Positions 38,565-49,004 of a stretch of 64,000 nucleotides of DNA are shown piece after piece; within the stretch, counting starts at the first letter, position 1; each line of letters begins with the position of its first letter. This DNA is from a virus (Duplodnaviria > Caudoviricetes). The notes under the pieces are model-generated. The model did not search any database and was not told the DNA's origin. It was given only the letters and a program-made list of their open reading frames with translations. The DNA lies in IMG/VR virus record IMGVR_UViG_3300042564_001469, positions 4,618-68,617 of that record. The stretch is one strand, 5' to 3'. Made by a program: the position numbers and the translations under genes.

Positions 38565-38987
38565 ATGAAAAGAATGATTAATTTTTTTAGACGATTTAAA
38601 CTGAACATTTATTTAATGTCCAGAAAAAAGAATGGTATTGTTACGACATACGAAGAACAACCAACGTCCTACGAAAAAACCTGTTTCCAAATTTGTTTAA
38701 AAGCAATTAAACATGTGGATTCAAAATTTATGATAGCACCAAAATCTGAAAAAAGATATGTTGAGAATAAAATGATGGATCTTTTTATTACAATTGATGG
38801 TGGTAGGGTAGATTTAACAAATCACGTTTATCATTATAGTGTTAAACTAACAGAAAGAGATCAAGAACGAATTACGTACATTTTTGATACTGAGACTGAA
38901 AAACGTAGATTGTCGTATGAAGATTTAATTAACTCACAAATTAAAAACTCATTACATAACGTATTAGAACGTATTACGAATCTCTAA
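38565..38987 (+). CDS. hypothetical protein
   Basis: ORF after a host-type promoter motif. Confidence 0.65.
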   Translation: MKRMINFFRRFKLNIYLMSRKKNGIVTTYEEQPTSYEKTCFQICLKAIKHVDSKFMIAPKSEKRYVENKMMDLFITIDGGRVDLTNHVYHYSVKLTERDQERITYIFDTETEKRRLSYEDLINSQIKNSLHNVLERITNL

Positions 38988-39689
38988 AATTATTTTAGAA
39001 ACCAAGGAGTCAGTTGACTCCTTTTTTACTTTATATGAGGTCATAATCGGTTTTTGACCTTTACCGGTTTGAGTGTCTTTTTTTTCTGCACGTCTTTTTT
39101 GTTGACAAGCGTTCTTTTTCTCAGAATCTGACATCTTACCAGCAACACCTGCGGTTCTACATTTAGGATATGAACCACTATCAGCGTCTTTTCTACCACA
39201 CGGGGGATGTTTACCATCAACTTTACGACAAATGTCAACCCAAGGTCCTTTTGGTTGTGAAGATCCTTTTGGTTTTTTCTTTTTACCGAACCAAACCGCC
39301 AAATCCTCATTGATTGTTAATTTATTATCTTTTTCCCAAGTCTCAATAACTTTCTTAACACTATTTTTTAAGTTTTTACCAAATGTTGGATTAATTATAC
39401 CCCCATCATCATCATTGAGTTCTGGATTATTTTTAGCATATTTAGATGATTTTTTCGCAATGTTCTCAATTTTCTTTGTTTGTTTTTTTGTGGTATCTAA
39501 TTTACCGTCATAACTATCAAATGATAATAACGGACTATCATATTTAGAAACAGAAATATTAAATGGGTCTAATTGTGATTTATCAAAAATTCTTAAACCT
39601 GGTCTAAGAGGTGCGACATACGAACCCCTACCACCACCATCCGATGTTGCTTCTTTTAATATTTTCTTTAATAATTTCTCATTTATCAT
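38964..39689 (-). CDS. hypothetical protein with basic Cys-containing C-terminal domain
   Basis: Start at 39689 (MINEKLL) with TATTTATA 6 nt upstream; WF...WVDIC...PPCGR...YPKCR. Confidence 0.65.
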   Translation of the reverse strand: MINEKLLKKILKEATSDGGGRGSYVAPLRPGLRIFDKSQLDPFNISVSKYDSPLLSFDSYDGKLDTTKKQTKKIENIAKKSSKYAKNNPELNDDDGGIINPTFGKNLKNSVKKVIETWEKDNKLTINEDLAVWFGKKKKPKGSSQPKGPWVDICRKVDGKHPPCGRKDADSGSYPKCRTAGVAGKMSDSEKKNACQQKRRAEKKDTQTGKGQKPIMTSYKVKKESTDSLVSKIILEIRNTF

Positions 39690-39712
39690 TACACATATAA
39701 ATATCTTAATAT

Positions 39713-39925
39713 ATGGAAAACGAAAATAAAGAATTTGGTAATTTATTTGGGACAATACCATTAATCTCTGAAGAACATTTGGATGCAATATTATCGGCAA
39801 TGACGAAAGAAGATTCTACATACTATTTAGTTGAAGCAATAAAAGCCGCATATAATAGGGGTGCATTTACAATTGGTGAAGTTGAGGTTATATCAAAGGC
39901 TATTAGATGTACTACTAAACAATAA
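39713..39925 (+). CDS. small hypothetical protein
   Basis: Fits between divergent and convergent neighbours. Confidence 0.6.
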   Translation: MENENKEFGNLFGTIPLISEEHLDAILSAMTKEDSTYYLVEAIKAAYNRGAFTIGEVEVISKAIRCTTKQ

Positions 39926-41254
39926 TTATTTAATTATTTTTTGAGATGTACCATCGTCGTAAACCTCAATAATAACACCAGTCGTATTATGGGGGTTTAT
40001 TTTTTGACCTAATAAATTAATATACCCAACAATTTTTTTATCTTTTACAATTTTAGAAATTACAATTGGACCATATGTTTTACTTTCACCATCATTATCA
40101 AATTGTTGTAACCTATAATATGATATTTCGTTAAGATTAAAATCAATATACGAATATTTTAATTCTTCTGTTGAGTTTCCAGCCGCTAATATTGTCGTAA
40201 TTTTTTTCCAATTCTCACCATCCTCACTCATTTCTAAATCAAAATAATTTGAGTTTTGTTCAGATTCGGTTTTCCAGTTTATAACATTCCATTGTGGGTA
40301 AGGTAGTCCATCAAATTCCGTTAATTCTACTGGTAATGGGTTATTATTTTGACTACCAAAATTAAACCAACTAAACCCAGTAACATTTGTACTAGTTATT
40401 GTGAAATCACTATCTGAAGACCCATTAATAGAGGAATGTGAACCACAAGGTACCCATGTTGTATGTGTTGGACCAGGACTTTTAATTAATCTTACAATAG
40501 ACCTATCATTCATATCAACCAATTGATATGCACGTATTGTTAATGTGTATTGTTTTGTGTTTAATGAACTATTGTAATCAAATGGTGTTATATCAAAGTA
40601 ACCTTGATTTTCGTAATTTTGAATAAGTTGTCCATCTGATGTCCATAATGGTAAACCACTGTATGTATCTGTCATTGAAGGAATACCATTTTTATATTCA
40701 ACAACAATATAACCACCATCTGTTGGTGCTTGAGTATAGTTTATAACTACGTTTCTGTTTGTAGCATCGTTCCCAATTGGAAATATCCCAGATGATTGTG
40801 TTGAGTTAGTTGAAGGTGCAAACCATCTTTTTAAAGGACCAATGATTGTACCACTTGTCCAATTAATTTCGCCAGGATTTGATGGACTTGACCCAATCTC
40901 TAAAGTATGTCCGTTTAAATCAACATTACCATTAACCATTTCTAAACGATTTGTTATAGTTGTGTTTGTGGTTAAAGTTAACCCATTTGAGTTGTTTAAA
41001 ATTAAACCATAAAATTTGGACATTTCATTCCCATCTAAATCAGAATTACCTAAAAATTTCCAAATTACTCCATTACTAAAATCACCTATGGATGAATTAT
41101 TGATTAGATTTGTATTGTACAAGTTTATAATTGGATTTGATGTACCAACAATTTGAGTGTTGGACCCAATTACGAACTTACCTTGCCCAAATATAACAAT
41201 GGGTAAAAAACAAATTAGATAAAATAAAATATTTTTCATATTATTTAAATTCAT
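39926..41254 (-). CDS. Bacteroidota-type secreted protein with T9SS-like C-terminal sorting region
   Basis: Signal peptide (…PIVIFG|Q); PLPVEL...W.TESE.N..YF...[11 protein letters not shown]; terminal YINLLGQ...[11 protein letters not shown]. Confidence 0.7.
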   Translation of the reverse strand: MNLNNMKNILFYLICFLPIVIFGQGKFVIGSNTQIVGTSNPIINLYNTNLINNSSIGDFSNGVIWKFLGNSDLDGNEMSKFYGLILNNSNGLTLTTNTTITNRLEMVNGNVDLNGHTLEIGSSPSNPGEINWTSGTIIGPLKRWFAPSTNSTQSSGIFPIGNDATNRNVVINYTQAPTDGGYIVVEYKNGIPSMTDTYSGLPLWTSDGQLIQNYENQGYFDITPFDYNSSLNTKQYTLTIRAYQLVDMNDRSIVRLIKSPGPTHTTWVPCGSHSSINGSSDSDFTITSTNVTGFSWFNFGSQNNNPLPVELTEFDGLPYPQWNVINWKTESEQNSNYFDLEMSEDGENWKKITTILAAGNSTEELKYSYIDFNLNEISYYRLQQFDNDGESKTYGPIVISKIVKDKKIVGYINLLGQKINPHNTTGVIIEVYDDGTSQKIIK

Positions 41255-42890
41255 AAATTATTATATAACCATTTGCACCCGCACCACCAGAACAAGACCC
41301 GGATGTAGAACTTCTACAACCACCACCCCCAGCACCTTGAAAATATGACGCACCACTATTTCCAACAGCATTACTTGTTGTTGTTCCAGGTGCTCCATTA
41401 TAATTACGATAACCTTCAGGCCAAAAATAACTACCCCCAACACCTCCAGCGGTAGATGTTGAAGTACCGCCGGCACCACCTGTAACATTTCTATAACCAC
41501 CACTAGCAGTTCCACCAGCACCACCTAATTGTGATGATGAATTCCCCGCTTTTCCTCCAGCACCACCATTTGCTGTAAATGTGCTAAATGTTGTGTTACC
41601 ACCAGCCGTTCCCCCAGTAGGGCAACCACTTGAATACACACCACTTCCCCCAGTACCAACAGCATAAGAATATGAAGCACCAACAGAAGTAATAAACCCT
41701 TCACAATACCCACCGCCACCGCCGCCACCACCAGATTGATTTGACCCAGCGCAGTTTGAATATGACGCTTGTCCACCGCCACCACCAGCACCCCATATTT
41801 TGATTAAAATACTTTTTGTGCCTGATGTTGGGGTATATGTTCCTGAACCTGAAGTAAAGACCTGAATTCCATTTGGTATGAAACTTCCAAACGTACTCCA
41901 TATTGGAACTCCCGTTCCTGTTGAGGTTAAAACTTGTCCGCTTGTCCCAGCAGATGTTGATCCCATTACAGTAGTTGAAACACCATATATAACACCACCT
42001 TGTGTTAAATTTGACGCTTGACCCGTTCCTCCTTTTGACACAGGAAGGGTACCAGTAACTATACCATTTGTTAAGTTTATTGCACCTGTTGCAATGTCTC
42101 CAGTTGCGATTGTAGCATCAGTGATATTACTGGATGTTACAGTACCTGTTGCAATGTCTGTTCCAGTTATTGTTGCGTCTAATATATGAGTTGAGGTAAC
42201 TTTTCCAGTCCCTATAGTTGGATTTGGGTATGTTCCCGTTAAATCACCCCCAGCCGAACCTCCAGGTGTTGTTCCAGTAATTATTGTATTTGTAACGGCC
42301 GTTACTCTACCTTGATTATCTGTTGTTAATACAGGTGTTTGAGTTGCCGAACCATACGTTCCTGCAGTTCCCACATTTGGCATCGATATCGTCCCTGTAG
42401 ATGTTATAGTACCACCATTTAAACCACTACCAGCGGCAATACTTGTAACTGTTCCACCACTATTATTATCCGTTGATGATATTGTAAAGTTAGGGTAAGT
42501 TCCAGTTATTGTTGTCGCACCACCACTTGTTAATGATACTGTTTGATCGGGGGATGTGTTAGTTACAACATTATTTGTAATATCAATACCAGTACCTTCA
42601 GTATATAAAGATTCGGTACCTGTTGCTAATCTCACCCATCCAGATCCATCATAGAAATAAAAACCAAATGTTCCGTTAGTTTGATACACCAATAACCCAT
42701 TTGCTGGTGTTGATATTGAACTTCTTTCAGATTGTGTCATTCTTGGTATTAAAACACCCTTAGAGGTTGATTTGACATCCAACATTGAAGAGTTATCGGG
42801 ATTACTTCCATCAGTATTTATTGAAACTCCTTGTGAAAATAAATTAAACGATAGAAATGTTGTGATTAAAAATATAAATAAATTTTTCAT
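41241..42890 (-). CDS. secreted Gly/Thr-rich surface or fibre-like protein
   Basis: Signal peptide (…LFS|Q); [17 protein letters not shown]...[10 protein letters not shown] module; [11 protein letters not shown]; C-terminal glycine-rich domain. Confidence 0.7.
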   Translation of the reverse strand: MKNLFIFLITTFLSFNLFSQGVSINTDGSNPDNSSMLDVKSTSKGVLIPRMTQSERSSISTPANGLLVYQTNGTFGFYFYDGSGWVRLATGTESLYTEGTGIDITNNVVTNTSPDQTVSLTSGGATTITGTYPNFTISSTDNNSGGTVTSIAAGSGLNGGTITSTGTISMPNVGTAGTYGSATQTPVLTTDNQGRVTAVTNTIITGTTPGGSAGGDLTGTYPNPTIGTGKVTSTHILDATITGTDIATGTVTSSNITDATIATGDIATGAINLTNGIVTGTLPVSKGGTGQASNLTQGGVIYGVSTTVMGSTSAGTSGQVLTSTGTGVPIWSTFGSFIPNGIQVFTSGSGTYTPTSGTKSILIKIWGAGGGGGQASYSNCAGSNQSGGGGGGGGYCEGFITSVGASYSYAVGTGGSGVYSSGCPTGGTAGGNTTFSTFTANGGAGGKAGNSSSQLGGAGGTASGGYRNVTGGAGGTSTSTAGGVGGSYFWPEGYRNYNGAPGTTTSNAVGNSGASYFQGAGGGGCRSSTSGSCSGGAGANGYIIIYEFK

Positions 42891-42986
42891 AAGTTTTGGT
42901 TTTAAAGTTAATATTTCTTTTATCTAATAAATAGTAAAAAAAATACAAATAATCTTTAGTAATGAATATTTACCATTGTTTCTTTA

Positions 42987-44603
42987 TCAAATGTGTAACC
43001 TCATTGAATATAATAAATGACCACAATCATAGATTTTATAAAAACCCCTTTCTTCCATAATTTGAGATTCACTTTTTGTCACATCAAAACCCTCTTTAAC
43101 TAAAATATCTTTCCGATATTTAAAACGATATTCTCGTTTTTTATTCTTAATGTAGAAATAATTGGGTTCGGTTTTTTTTATAAAATCAAAACCGATTTTT
43201 TGATATAGATTACCAACACTCCAGCGTCTATCAGCGTAACTAATTATTTGTGTTGGATTATAATCAGAAATGAACTTTTTTAATAATTTAGAAGCACCCC
43301 CAATAACATTATGATTTAACTTATTACAAAATCTAAGTAATTCATATTCATTGTTATTGATATTTTTATTTCCCATACTTCTCCGTTTTTGACCAAACGT
43401 CATTAGTGATACCAAAATATTATTATGGTACAGACCAATATTTACTGAACTACCAACACAACCTTGAATGTGATTTTGATCAAGAAATGTTGTTTTTGTT
43501 TTGGTGTCAACATATCTTAACTCACATTTCCTACCATATATTCGGACATCTGATAAACCCAATAAACTTTTTAATCTACTTTTAACGTGTTCTTGTTTAA
43601 ACATCCATTCATCCTCAAAGATTTGAATTAATCTAATGTCACTTTTTTCACACAATTCAGTTTTATTTAGGTGGTAGTTTTTATCTTTAAATATTGTTGA
43701 ATGATAATAAAGACCATTAAATTCAATTGCAAGATTATGGGTTGGGATATAAATATCTAATTCCTGACCATTAAGTACACCTCGGTCATTTCTAATATAT
43801 GGAATATTAATACTATCCAAAAATAAACAAATCTCATTCTCCTTAATTGATCTTAACTCATTTATGGGATTACAAGTGGTACAAGGATTTAAATTTTCAC
43901 CGAACCTAAAATATAGTAAACTACGATTAATTTCATAGTTGGAATTACAAACATCACATAATATCGTTATATTATTACCGGTATAATCAATAATATTTAA
44001 CTCTTTGTATTTCACAAAAAACGAACTACGCTTAATGTCTGAAACCTGTTTTCTAGAAGATTCCAAAATCAACGGTGTTGTAACTCCATACCTTAATGTA
44101 TTTGTTTGTTTAACCTTATCTTTTGTTGTCTGTAATTTTGAAATATGATCAACACCATATTTATCAAATGTTCTTTGTTTTATTAATTCCGAATTTTTAA
44201 ACGGATTATCAAACCCAGTTTTTTTAATGTTTGTTTGTTTAACCTTTTCTTTTATAATATCAGAAGACAATGGTACGATACCGCCGTATCTTTCAGTATT
44301 TGTTGTTTTAATATCGTTTATCCTATCAACACACGTATTAGTACATACTAATGAACAATACTTACCATAACCCTCAGTAAGTGATCGTTTAAACGTTAAT
44401 TCACCACCACAATTCTTACACGTTGGTATTGTCGGTGTATTGAAAATGTAGTGCCAAACTTTCTGTTTAAACGTCACATTTTTTAAATCATTTGTGTAAG
44501 AAATAATATCATCATATAAATCAATATGATGTTTTTTTAAATGACTTTCTTTACATTTTGATCCGTTACTATTTTTTTTAATAAAAAATTCTATTAAGTC
44601 CAT
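42987..44603 (-). CDS. putative homing endonuclease (Vsr/DUF559-like nuclease plus GNAT-like C-domain)
   Basis: Zn-finger CxxC; KQTN..RYG repeats; ELDIYIP...AIEFNGLYYH...IFEDEW; ELLRFC...GGASKLL...ISYADRRWS. Confidence 0.7.
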   Translation of the reverse strand: MDLIEFFIKKNSNGSKCKESHLKKHHIDLYDDIISYTNDLKNVTFKQKVWHYIFNTPTIPTCKNCGGELTFKRSLTEGYGKYCSLVCTNTCVDRINDIKTTNTERYGGIVPLSSDIIKEKVKQTNIKKTGFDNPFKNSELIKQRTFDKYGVDHISKLQTTKDKVKQTNTLRYGVTTPLILESSRKQVSDIKRSSFFVKYKELNIIDYTGNNITILCDVCNSNYEINRSLLYFRFGENLNPCTTCNPINELRSIKENEICLFLDSINIPYIRNDRGVLNGQELDIYIPTHNLAIEFNGLYYHSTIFKDKNYHLNKTELCEKSDIRLIQIFEDEWMFKQEHVKSRLKSLLGLSDVRIYGRKCELRYVDTKTKTTFLDQNHIQGCVGSSVNIGLYHNNILVSLMTFGQKRRSMGNKNINNNEYELLRFCNKLNHNVIGGASKLLKKFISDYNPTQIISYADRRWSVGNLYQKIGFDFIKKTEPNYFYIKNKKREYRFKYRKDILVKEGFDVTKSESQIMEERGFYKIYDCGHLLYSMRLHI

Positions 44604-44636
44604 ATTTTTTTAATTATGTGATATTTATGTATGATG

Positions 44637-44662
44637 CAAAGATAATTATTATTGCAAATATA
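44637..44662 (-). promoter_or_regulatory. two Bacteroidota-type TAnnTTTG elements upstream of the endonuclease gene
   Basis: Minus-strand TATATTTGCA and TATCTTTGCA. Confidence 0.45.
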
Positions 44663-44689
44663 AACATAAAAATTTAAAAAACAAGAAAA

Positions 44690-45178
44690 ATGGCTGATTT
44701 ATTAATGAAAATGCCCATACCTTACGAACCTAAACGTAATAACCGATGGATTTTAAGATTCCCATCATCATTGGGGTTAAACGAGTGGTACGTTGAAAGT
44801 ACATCAAGACCGAAATTAAAAATTAATTCCGTTGCGATACCATTTTTGAACACTGAGGTTTATGTTGCTGGTAAATTTAACTGGGAAGCATTACCAGTTA
44901 CATTTAGAGATCCAATTGGACCATCTGCAACACAAGCGGTTATGGAGTGGATAAGAACTTGTGCGGAGTCAGTAACGGGTAGAATGGGTTACGCGGCAGG
45001 ATATAAGAAAAATGTTGATCTTGAAATGTTAGACCCAACTGGTGTTGTTGTTGAGAAATGGATTCTTGAAGGTGCTTTCTTAACAGGATATGATGGGGGT
45101 GCTTTAAAATATGGTTCAGATGAGGTATCAACAATATCAACAACAATTGTAATGGATCGTTGTATATTGGTTTATTGA
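44690..45178 (+). CDS. gp19: T4 gp19-like tail tube protein
   Basis: EPKRNNRW...RPKL...YVAGKFNWE...TFRDPI...MEW...YKKNVDLEMLDPTG.VVEKW.LEGAF. Confidence 0.8.
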   Translation: MADLLMKMPIPYEPKRNNRWILRFPSSLGLNEWYVESTSRPKLKINSVAIPFLNTEVYVAGKFNWEALPVTFRDPIGPSATQAVMEWIRTCAESVTGRMGYAAGYKKNVDLEMLDPTGVVVEKWILEGAFLTGYDGGALKYGSDEVSTISTTIVMDRCILVY

Positions 45179-45217
45179 TTTTTACTAAAAAACATCTGTC
45201 CAAACTCAACTTTGTTA

Positions 45218-45252
45218 AATTCCCGTATATTAATATGTATGGGAATTTTTTT
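45218..45252. terminator. hairpin between convergent genes
   Basis: aaattcccgtata/tgtatgggaattt inverted repeat with T tail. Confidence 0.65.
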
Positions 45253-45253
45253 A

Positions 45254-46978
45254 TTATAGGCTAAAGTTTTTAATGTTTAATTGATATTTAAATAACCCAC
45301 AATCCCATATACGGTCATAGCCCAACTCTTCAGTTAATTCTTTTTCCGTTTTAGTATAATCCAAATTGGGGAATCTTTTTTTAAGGTTATTTTTACCAAA
45401 ACCAAATTTATGGAAACGTTTATACCTACTAATTTTTGAACTATAATAATAATATGTTGGTTTTACTATTGAGACCAAAGAAAAACCCAATTTAGTGTAT
45501 AAATTATTATCACCATCTATTGTCCATCTCCTATCAGCAAAACTGATAATAGTATTTGGGTTATAGTCGTTTATAAATCGTTTTAACATTTTTGATGCTA
45601 ACCCTGTAACAATATAATCTTGTTTTGTTGCATATCTACTTAATTCAAATTCACCGTCAGAATTTTTAGTCATATTACGTTTTTCATTGAATGTCATAAC
45701 ACCAACTAACACATCGTTGTAATATGCACCATATGATATGTTAGATTTATCAGTCCCCTGGATATGGTTGTTTTTTAAAAAATGTGATTTATCTTCAGTA
45801 TTAATTTTTTTAATTACGACATTTCTACCACCAATTCTAATACCGTCATTAATCTTTAATAAGTGTTTTAATTTTGATTTAACTAACGATTCGTTGGTTT
45901 TCCACTCATCTTCATAAATGTGGAATAACTTATACCCAATTTTGTTACAATCAATAGTTTTATTCAAATGGTATGTACTTGTTTTACCCATTTTTTCTGT
46001 GTGGTAATACAACCCATTATATTCAATACATATATTTGTTCCCTCAATAATCAAATCAATTTCTTTTCCATCTAATAATTTACGATTCTTACCTTTATTA
46101 GTAATAAAACCAAAACTCTCAATAAATTCTTTTATTTCATTCTCACCTTTTGATGTCCAAGTTGGTGTCATATTAATATTAACAATCTTGACCAATTCAC
46201 TTAATTTTTCAGATGTTGTTGTTGATACTATTTTCTCATTTGGAAATTTTAACTTATACTCTAACGTTGTTATATTATGTTTTTCTTTTAAATGTGTATT
46301 TGTGATACTTTTCATTTTTTCACCACATATCTTACATATAATATAATTTTTATCTTTAGATAAAAAAACAGAATGATTTATATTATTTACGTAATTTGGG
46401 TGATAAACAATATCTTCAGGAAATGTGGTTAGATATTCAGATAGTTTTTGATTATGAACTTTACCTATATGACTCTCAAAACAACCAGTTTTATTATTTA
46501 TATCCATTGTTTCCCAATCACATAATTTACAGGTTCTTTTTGATTGTTTATCAATCTCAATTATATTGAAATATTCCTCAAACCACTTTTTACCATTGTG
46601 ATGTTCATATTTTTTTCTCTGGTAAGTATTTGTCGGGATCCAAACGTCACCATAAACATCAACTATATGTTTTGTTAGTTTACCAGATAAATTATTTGGA
46701 TCTTTTACAATGGTATTAGTTCTCTTACATTGTGCAACTAATTCCCGTGTTTCCGACGACACATACATTTTACTTTTAGTTGACTCAATATTATAACTAT
46801 TACCATCTTGAGTTTGACCACCTTTTTTATTAATCACAATATTATTTTCTTTTAAGATCTGACTAATTTTTTTATGACCAACTTTAAATTTTACACCTAA
46901 CTTATGTGTACTTGGTATTTCCGATTGATATAACTCAACAATACTTACAATATCTTCAGGTGTTAATTTAGTTTTCAT
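45254..46978 (-). CDS. putative homing endonuclease, paralog of 42987..44603
   Basis: HTH-like N-terminus, C2H2-like fingers, EIDLII...IEYNGLYYH...IYEDEW, ISFADRRW, RIWDCG. Confidence 0.7.
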   Translation of the reverse strand: MKTKLTPEDIVSIVELYQSEIPSTHKLGVKFKVGHKKISQILKENNIVINKKGGQTQDGNSYNIESTKSKMYVSSETRELVAQCKRTNTIVKDPNNLSGKLTKHIVDVYGDVWIPTNTYQRKKYEHHNGKKWFEEYFNIIEIDKQSKRTCKLCDWETMDINNKTGCFESHIGKVHNQKLSEYLTTFPEDIVYHPNYVNNINHSVFLSKDKNYIICKICGEKMKSITNTHLKEKHNITTLEYKLKFPNEKIVSTTTSEKLSELVKIVNINMTPTWTSKGENEIKEFIESFGFITNKGKNRKLLDGKEIDLIIEGTNICIEYNGLYYHTEKMGKTSTYHLNKTIDCNKIGYKLFHIYEDEWKTNESLVKSKLKHLLKINDGIRIGGRNVVIKKINTEDKSHFLKNNHIQGTDKSNISYGAYYNDVLVGVMTFNEKRNMTKNSDGEFELSRYATKQDYIVTGLASKMLKRFINDYNPNTIISFADRRWTIDGDNNLYTKLGFSLVSIVKPTYYYYSSKISRYKRFHKFGFGKNNLKKRFPNLDYTKTEKELTEELGYDRIWDCGLFKYQLNIKNFSL

Positions 46979-47050
46979 TGTGATTTTTTTATATAAATAT
47001 ATTATAAAACATTAAAAAGTAAAATTATAACCCATTTATTTTTAACCCAT

Positions 47051-47087
47051 AAAAAAAAGGAGACAATTTCTTGTCTCCTTTTTTTTT
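47051..47087 (-). terminator. terminator after the major capsid gene
   Basis: aaaaaaaaggagacaa tttc ttgtctcctttttttt perfect inverted repeat. Confidence 0.85.
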
Positions 47088-47108
47088 CATATTCTGTTAA
47101 GATTTTGA

Positions 47109-48938
47109 TTATCTCAATTCTCTCAAATCAAATGTACGAACACCATCAACAGTGATACGTGCATAGAAACGGTTGTTCACCATCTTTTTCGCGTATCTTG
47201 TCATTATCCCTTTAATAGGTGTAAAGTTAAATGGATTGTACATTGTAGGTGTTAATTGTAGAGGAACGTACGGTGCATAGATGTAACCAGTGTCCAATAG
47301 AGAAGTACCTTTGTGACCAATCAAGATTTGATTTGGTGGGAAGTAAGGATCTCTATAAACTTGGTAACGACCTTGTAATGTACCAACTCTCTCAATACCC
47401 ATATTGAACTGGTCTTGCTCAGGTGAAGCATTAGATACGTGGAAGTATTCTAAGTCATCAAAAATTGCAGAAACCTCAGATGAAACAACAATCCAGTTAG
47501 CACCACCTCTCAAAGTAGATTTGTGGATTTGTGCTGACAATTGGTTGATTGCTGTAATCAAAGTTTGATTCCAGTCTTTTTGAGTGTAAGAAGTTGTTAA
47601 GTTCAATCTTCTCCATCCGTTGTAATCCCAACGTAAGTCCCAAGCAGCACCTTTACGTAAGTCACGTAAAATTTCACGGTCAATTTCTGCGGCAACTTGT
47701 TCTGACAATAATGCTGTTAATTCAGCTTCAGCGTCAATATTATGGAATGCAGCAACGTCTTGTGCTAATTCTGGAGACCATTGTGCTCTCAATTTTCTTT
47801 CAGTTACAGAAACAGTTACTGATTCTAAATCAAAAGAAACTTCACCAATTTGGTCTTCAAATTCCAAGTTTTTATATCTTCTAAATACAGCTGTGAATGA
47901 ATCACCAGATGCAATAGCATCAATTGTTGTACCGGTGTAACCATCTAATGAGTCAGCACCACAATCAAAACATGCTGGGCAAGAAAGATCAACTTCTAAA
48001 TAGATACAACCAGTTGCATCACAGATATCGTAATATGAACCACCATTTCCTGTTGAAGGGAATGAAGTTTGTGTTCTTTCACCATATTTAACAATACCTT
48101 TACCATATTGTTGTGTAACAACTCTAAATAGTAATGGTGTTCCAGCAGGAACTTTACAAGGTGAATCAGCGTTAACCACTAAACCACTATCTGCAATAAT
48201 TTTAAGATCTGACAAGAAAGTTTCAGTATCCATTTCATTACCATCAGGACCGATTAATTTACCAGCACCAGAATTTGCAAAACCACATAAAGAAACAATA
48301 ACTTTTCTTGTGTTACCTGTGTAACCAGAGAAATTATTACCAGCGTTAACTAATTCACTACCTGACCAACGTTGTACAGTAGTACCTTCTGTTACAGCTG
48401 TCCATTGACCTTTTGAATAGTCAAACAATCCTGGAGGATCCAAACCAGCCTCACCACCTTCATAAAATAAATCATAAAGATTTTTAGCGTACGGTGTGCC
48501 TTGAGATGAACCTGGGTAACCAGCGTCTTTCTCAGTAGCGTTAGAGTTTGGTGCTCCATATGGTGCGAAATGTTCACCACCATTAGCGGTTAAATTGTTA
48601 TATCCTTGGATACGAGGTACGAAGAAAAACAATTTACCGATTGGTAAATTCATCGCTTGTACTGATACGATGTCATTTGCTAACAATTTAGAGAAAACTC
48701 GTCTTACGATAGGAAATACAACTGTTTCAAAAGCTCCGTTAGAACCTTCACCTGTTGCTTCGTTAATCAAAAAAGACGCTTGGTTTTCATACAACTGCGC
48801 TACATTTTCTTTTTGGTGACCTTTAAGGCCTTCTAGGAATCCTAATTTATCCCATTTGTTAATTGTGTCTTCTTTGATAACTTTAAGGTGTTTTAACCCG
48901 ATGTTACCTACAAGACCTGATTCTAATAATGCTCCCAT
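47109..48938 (-). CDS. gp23: major capsid protein (T4 gp23 family)
   Basis: FPIVRRVF, VSVQAMNLPIG, RKLRAQWSPELAQD, DAEAELT, EIDREI, GYIYAPYVPL, GIMTRYA. Confidence 0.95.
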   Translation of the reverse strand: MGALLESGLVGNIGLKHLKVIKEDTINKWDKLGFLEGLKGHQKENVAQLYENQASFLINEATGEGSNGAFETVVFPIVRRVFSKLLANDIVSVQAMNLPIGKLFFFVPRIQGYNNLTANGGEHFAPYGAPNSNATEKDAGYPGSSQGTPYAKNLYDLFYEGGEAGLDPPGLFDYSKGQWTAVTEGTTVQRWSGSELVNAGNNFSGYTGNTRKVIVSLCGFANSGAGKLIGPDGNEMDTETFLSDLKIIADSGLVVNADSPCKVPAGTPLLFRVVTQQYGKGIVKYGERTQTSFPSTGNGGSYYDICDATGCIYLEVDLSCPACFDCGADSLDGYTGTTIDAIASGDSFTAVFRRYKNLEFEDQIGEVSFDLESVTVSVTERKLRAQWSPELAQDVAAFHNIDAEAELTALLSEQVAAEIDREILRDLRKGAAWDLRWDYNGWRRLNLTTSYTQKDWNQTLITAINQLSAQIHKSTLRGGANWIVVSSEVSAIFDDLEYFHVSNASPEQDQFNMGIERVGTLQGRYQVYRDPYFPPNQILIGHKGTSLLDTGYIYAPYVPLQLTPTMYNPFNFTPIKGIMTRYAKKMVNNRFYARITVDGVRTFDLRELR

Positions 48939-48978
48939 TTTTATTTTTTTTTAGTTTTATTTTTGGTTTATTATACAA

Positions 48979-48985
48979 ATAAATA
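48979..48985 (-). promoter_or_regulatory. candidate late-promoter motif of the major capsid gene
   Basis: Sense TATTTAT 40 nt upstream of the ATG; same motif at 50530, 51622, 53405, 55263, 56393, 56696 and 58489. Confidence 0.55.
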
Positions 48986-49004
48986 CTTCTATTTGTTAAA
49001 AAGT

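Noticed and set aside
37988-39800. Upstream starts given in the ORF track (37988, 39800; also 241, 53416)
   Set aside because: They overlap neighbouring genes; downstream starts fit packing and motif positions
41260-41800. GC-richer stretch as a foreign element or DGR template
   Set aside because: Explained by glycine codons of the Gly-rich domain; no similarity to the VR at 55378-55490
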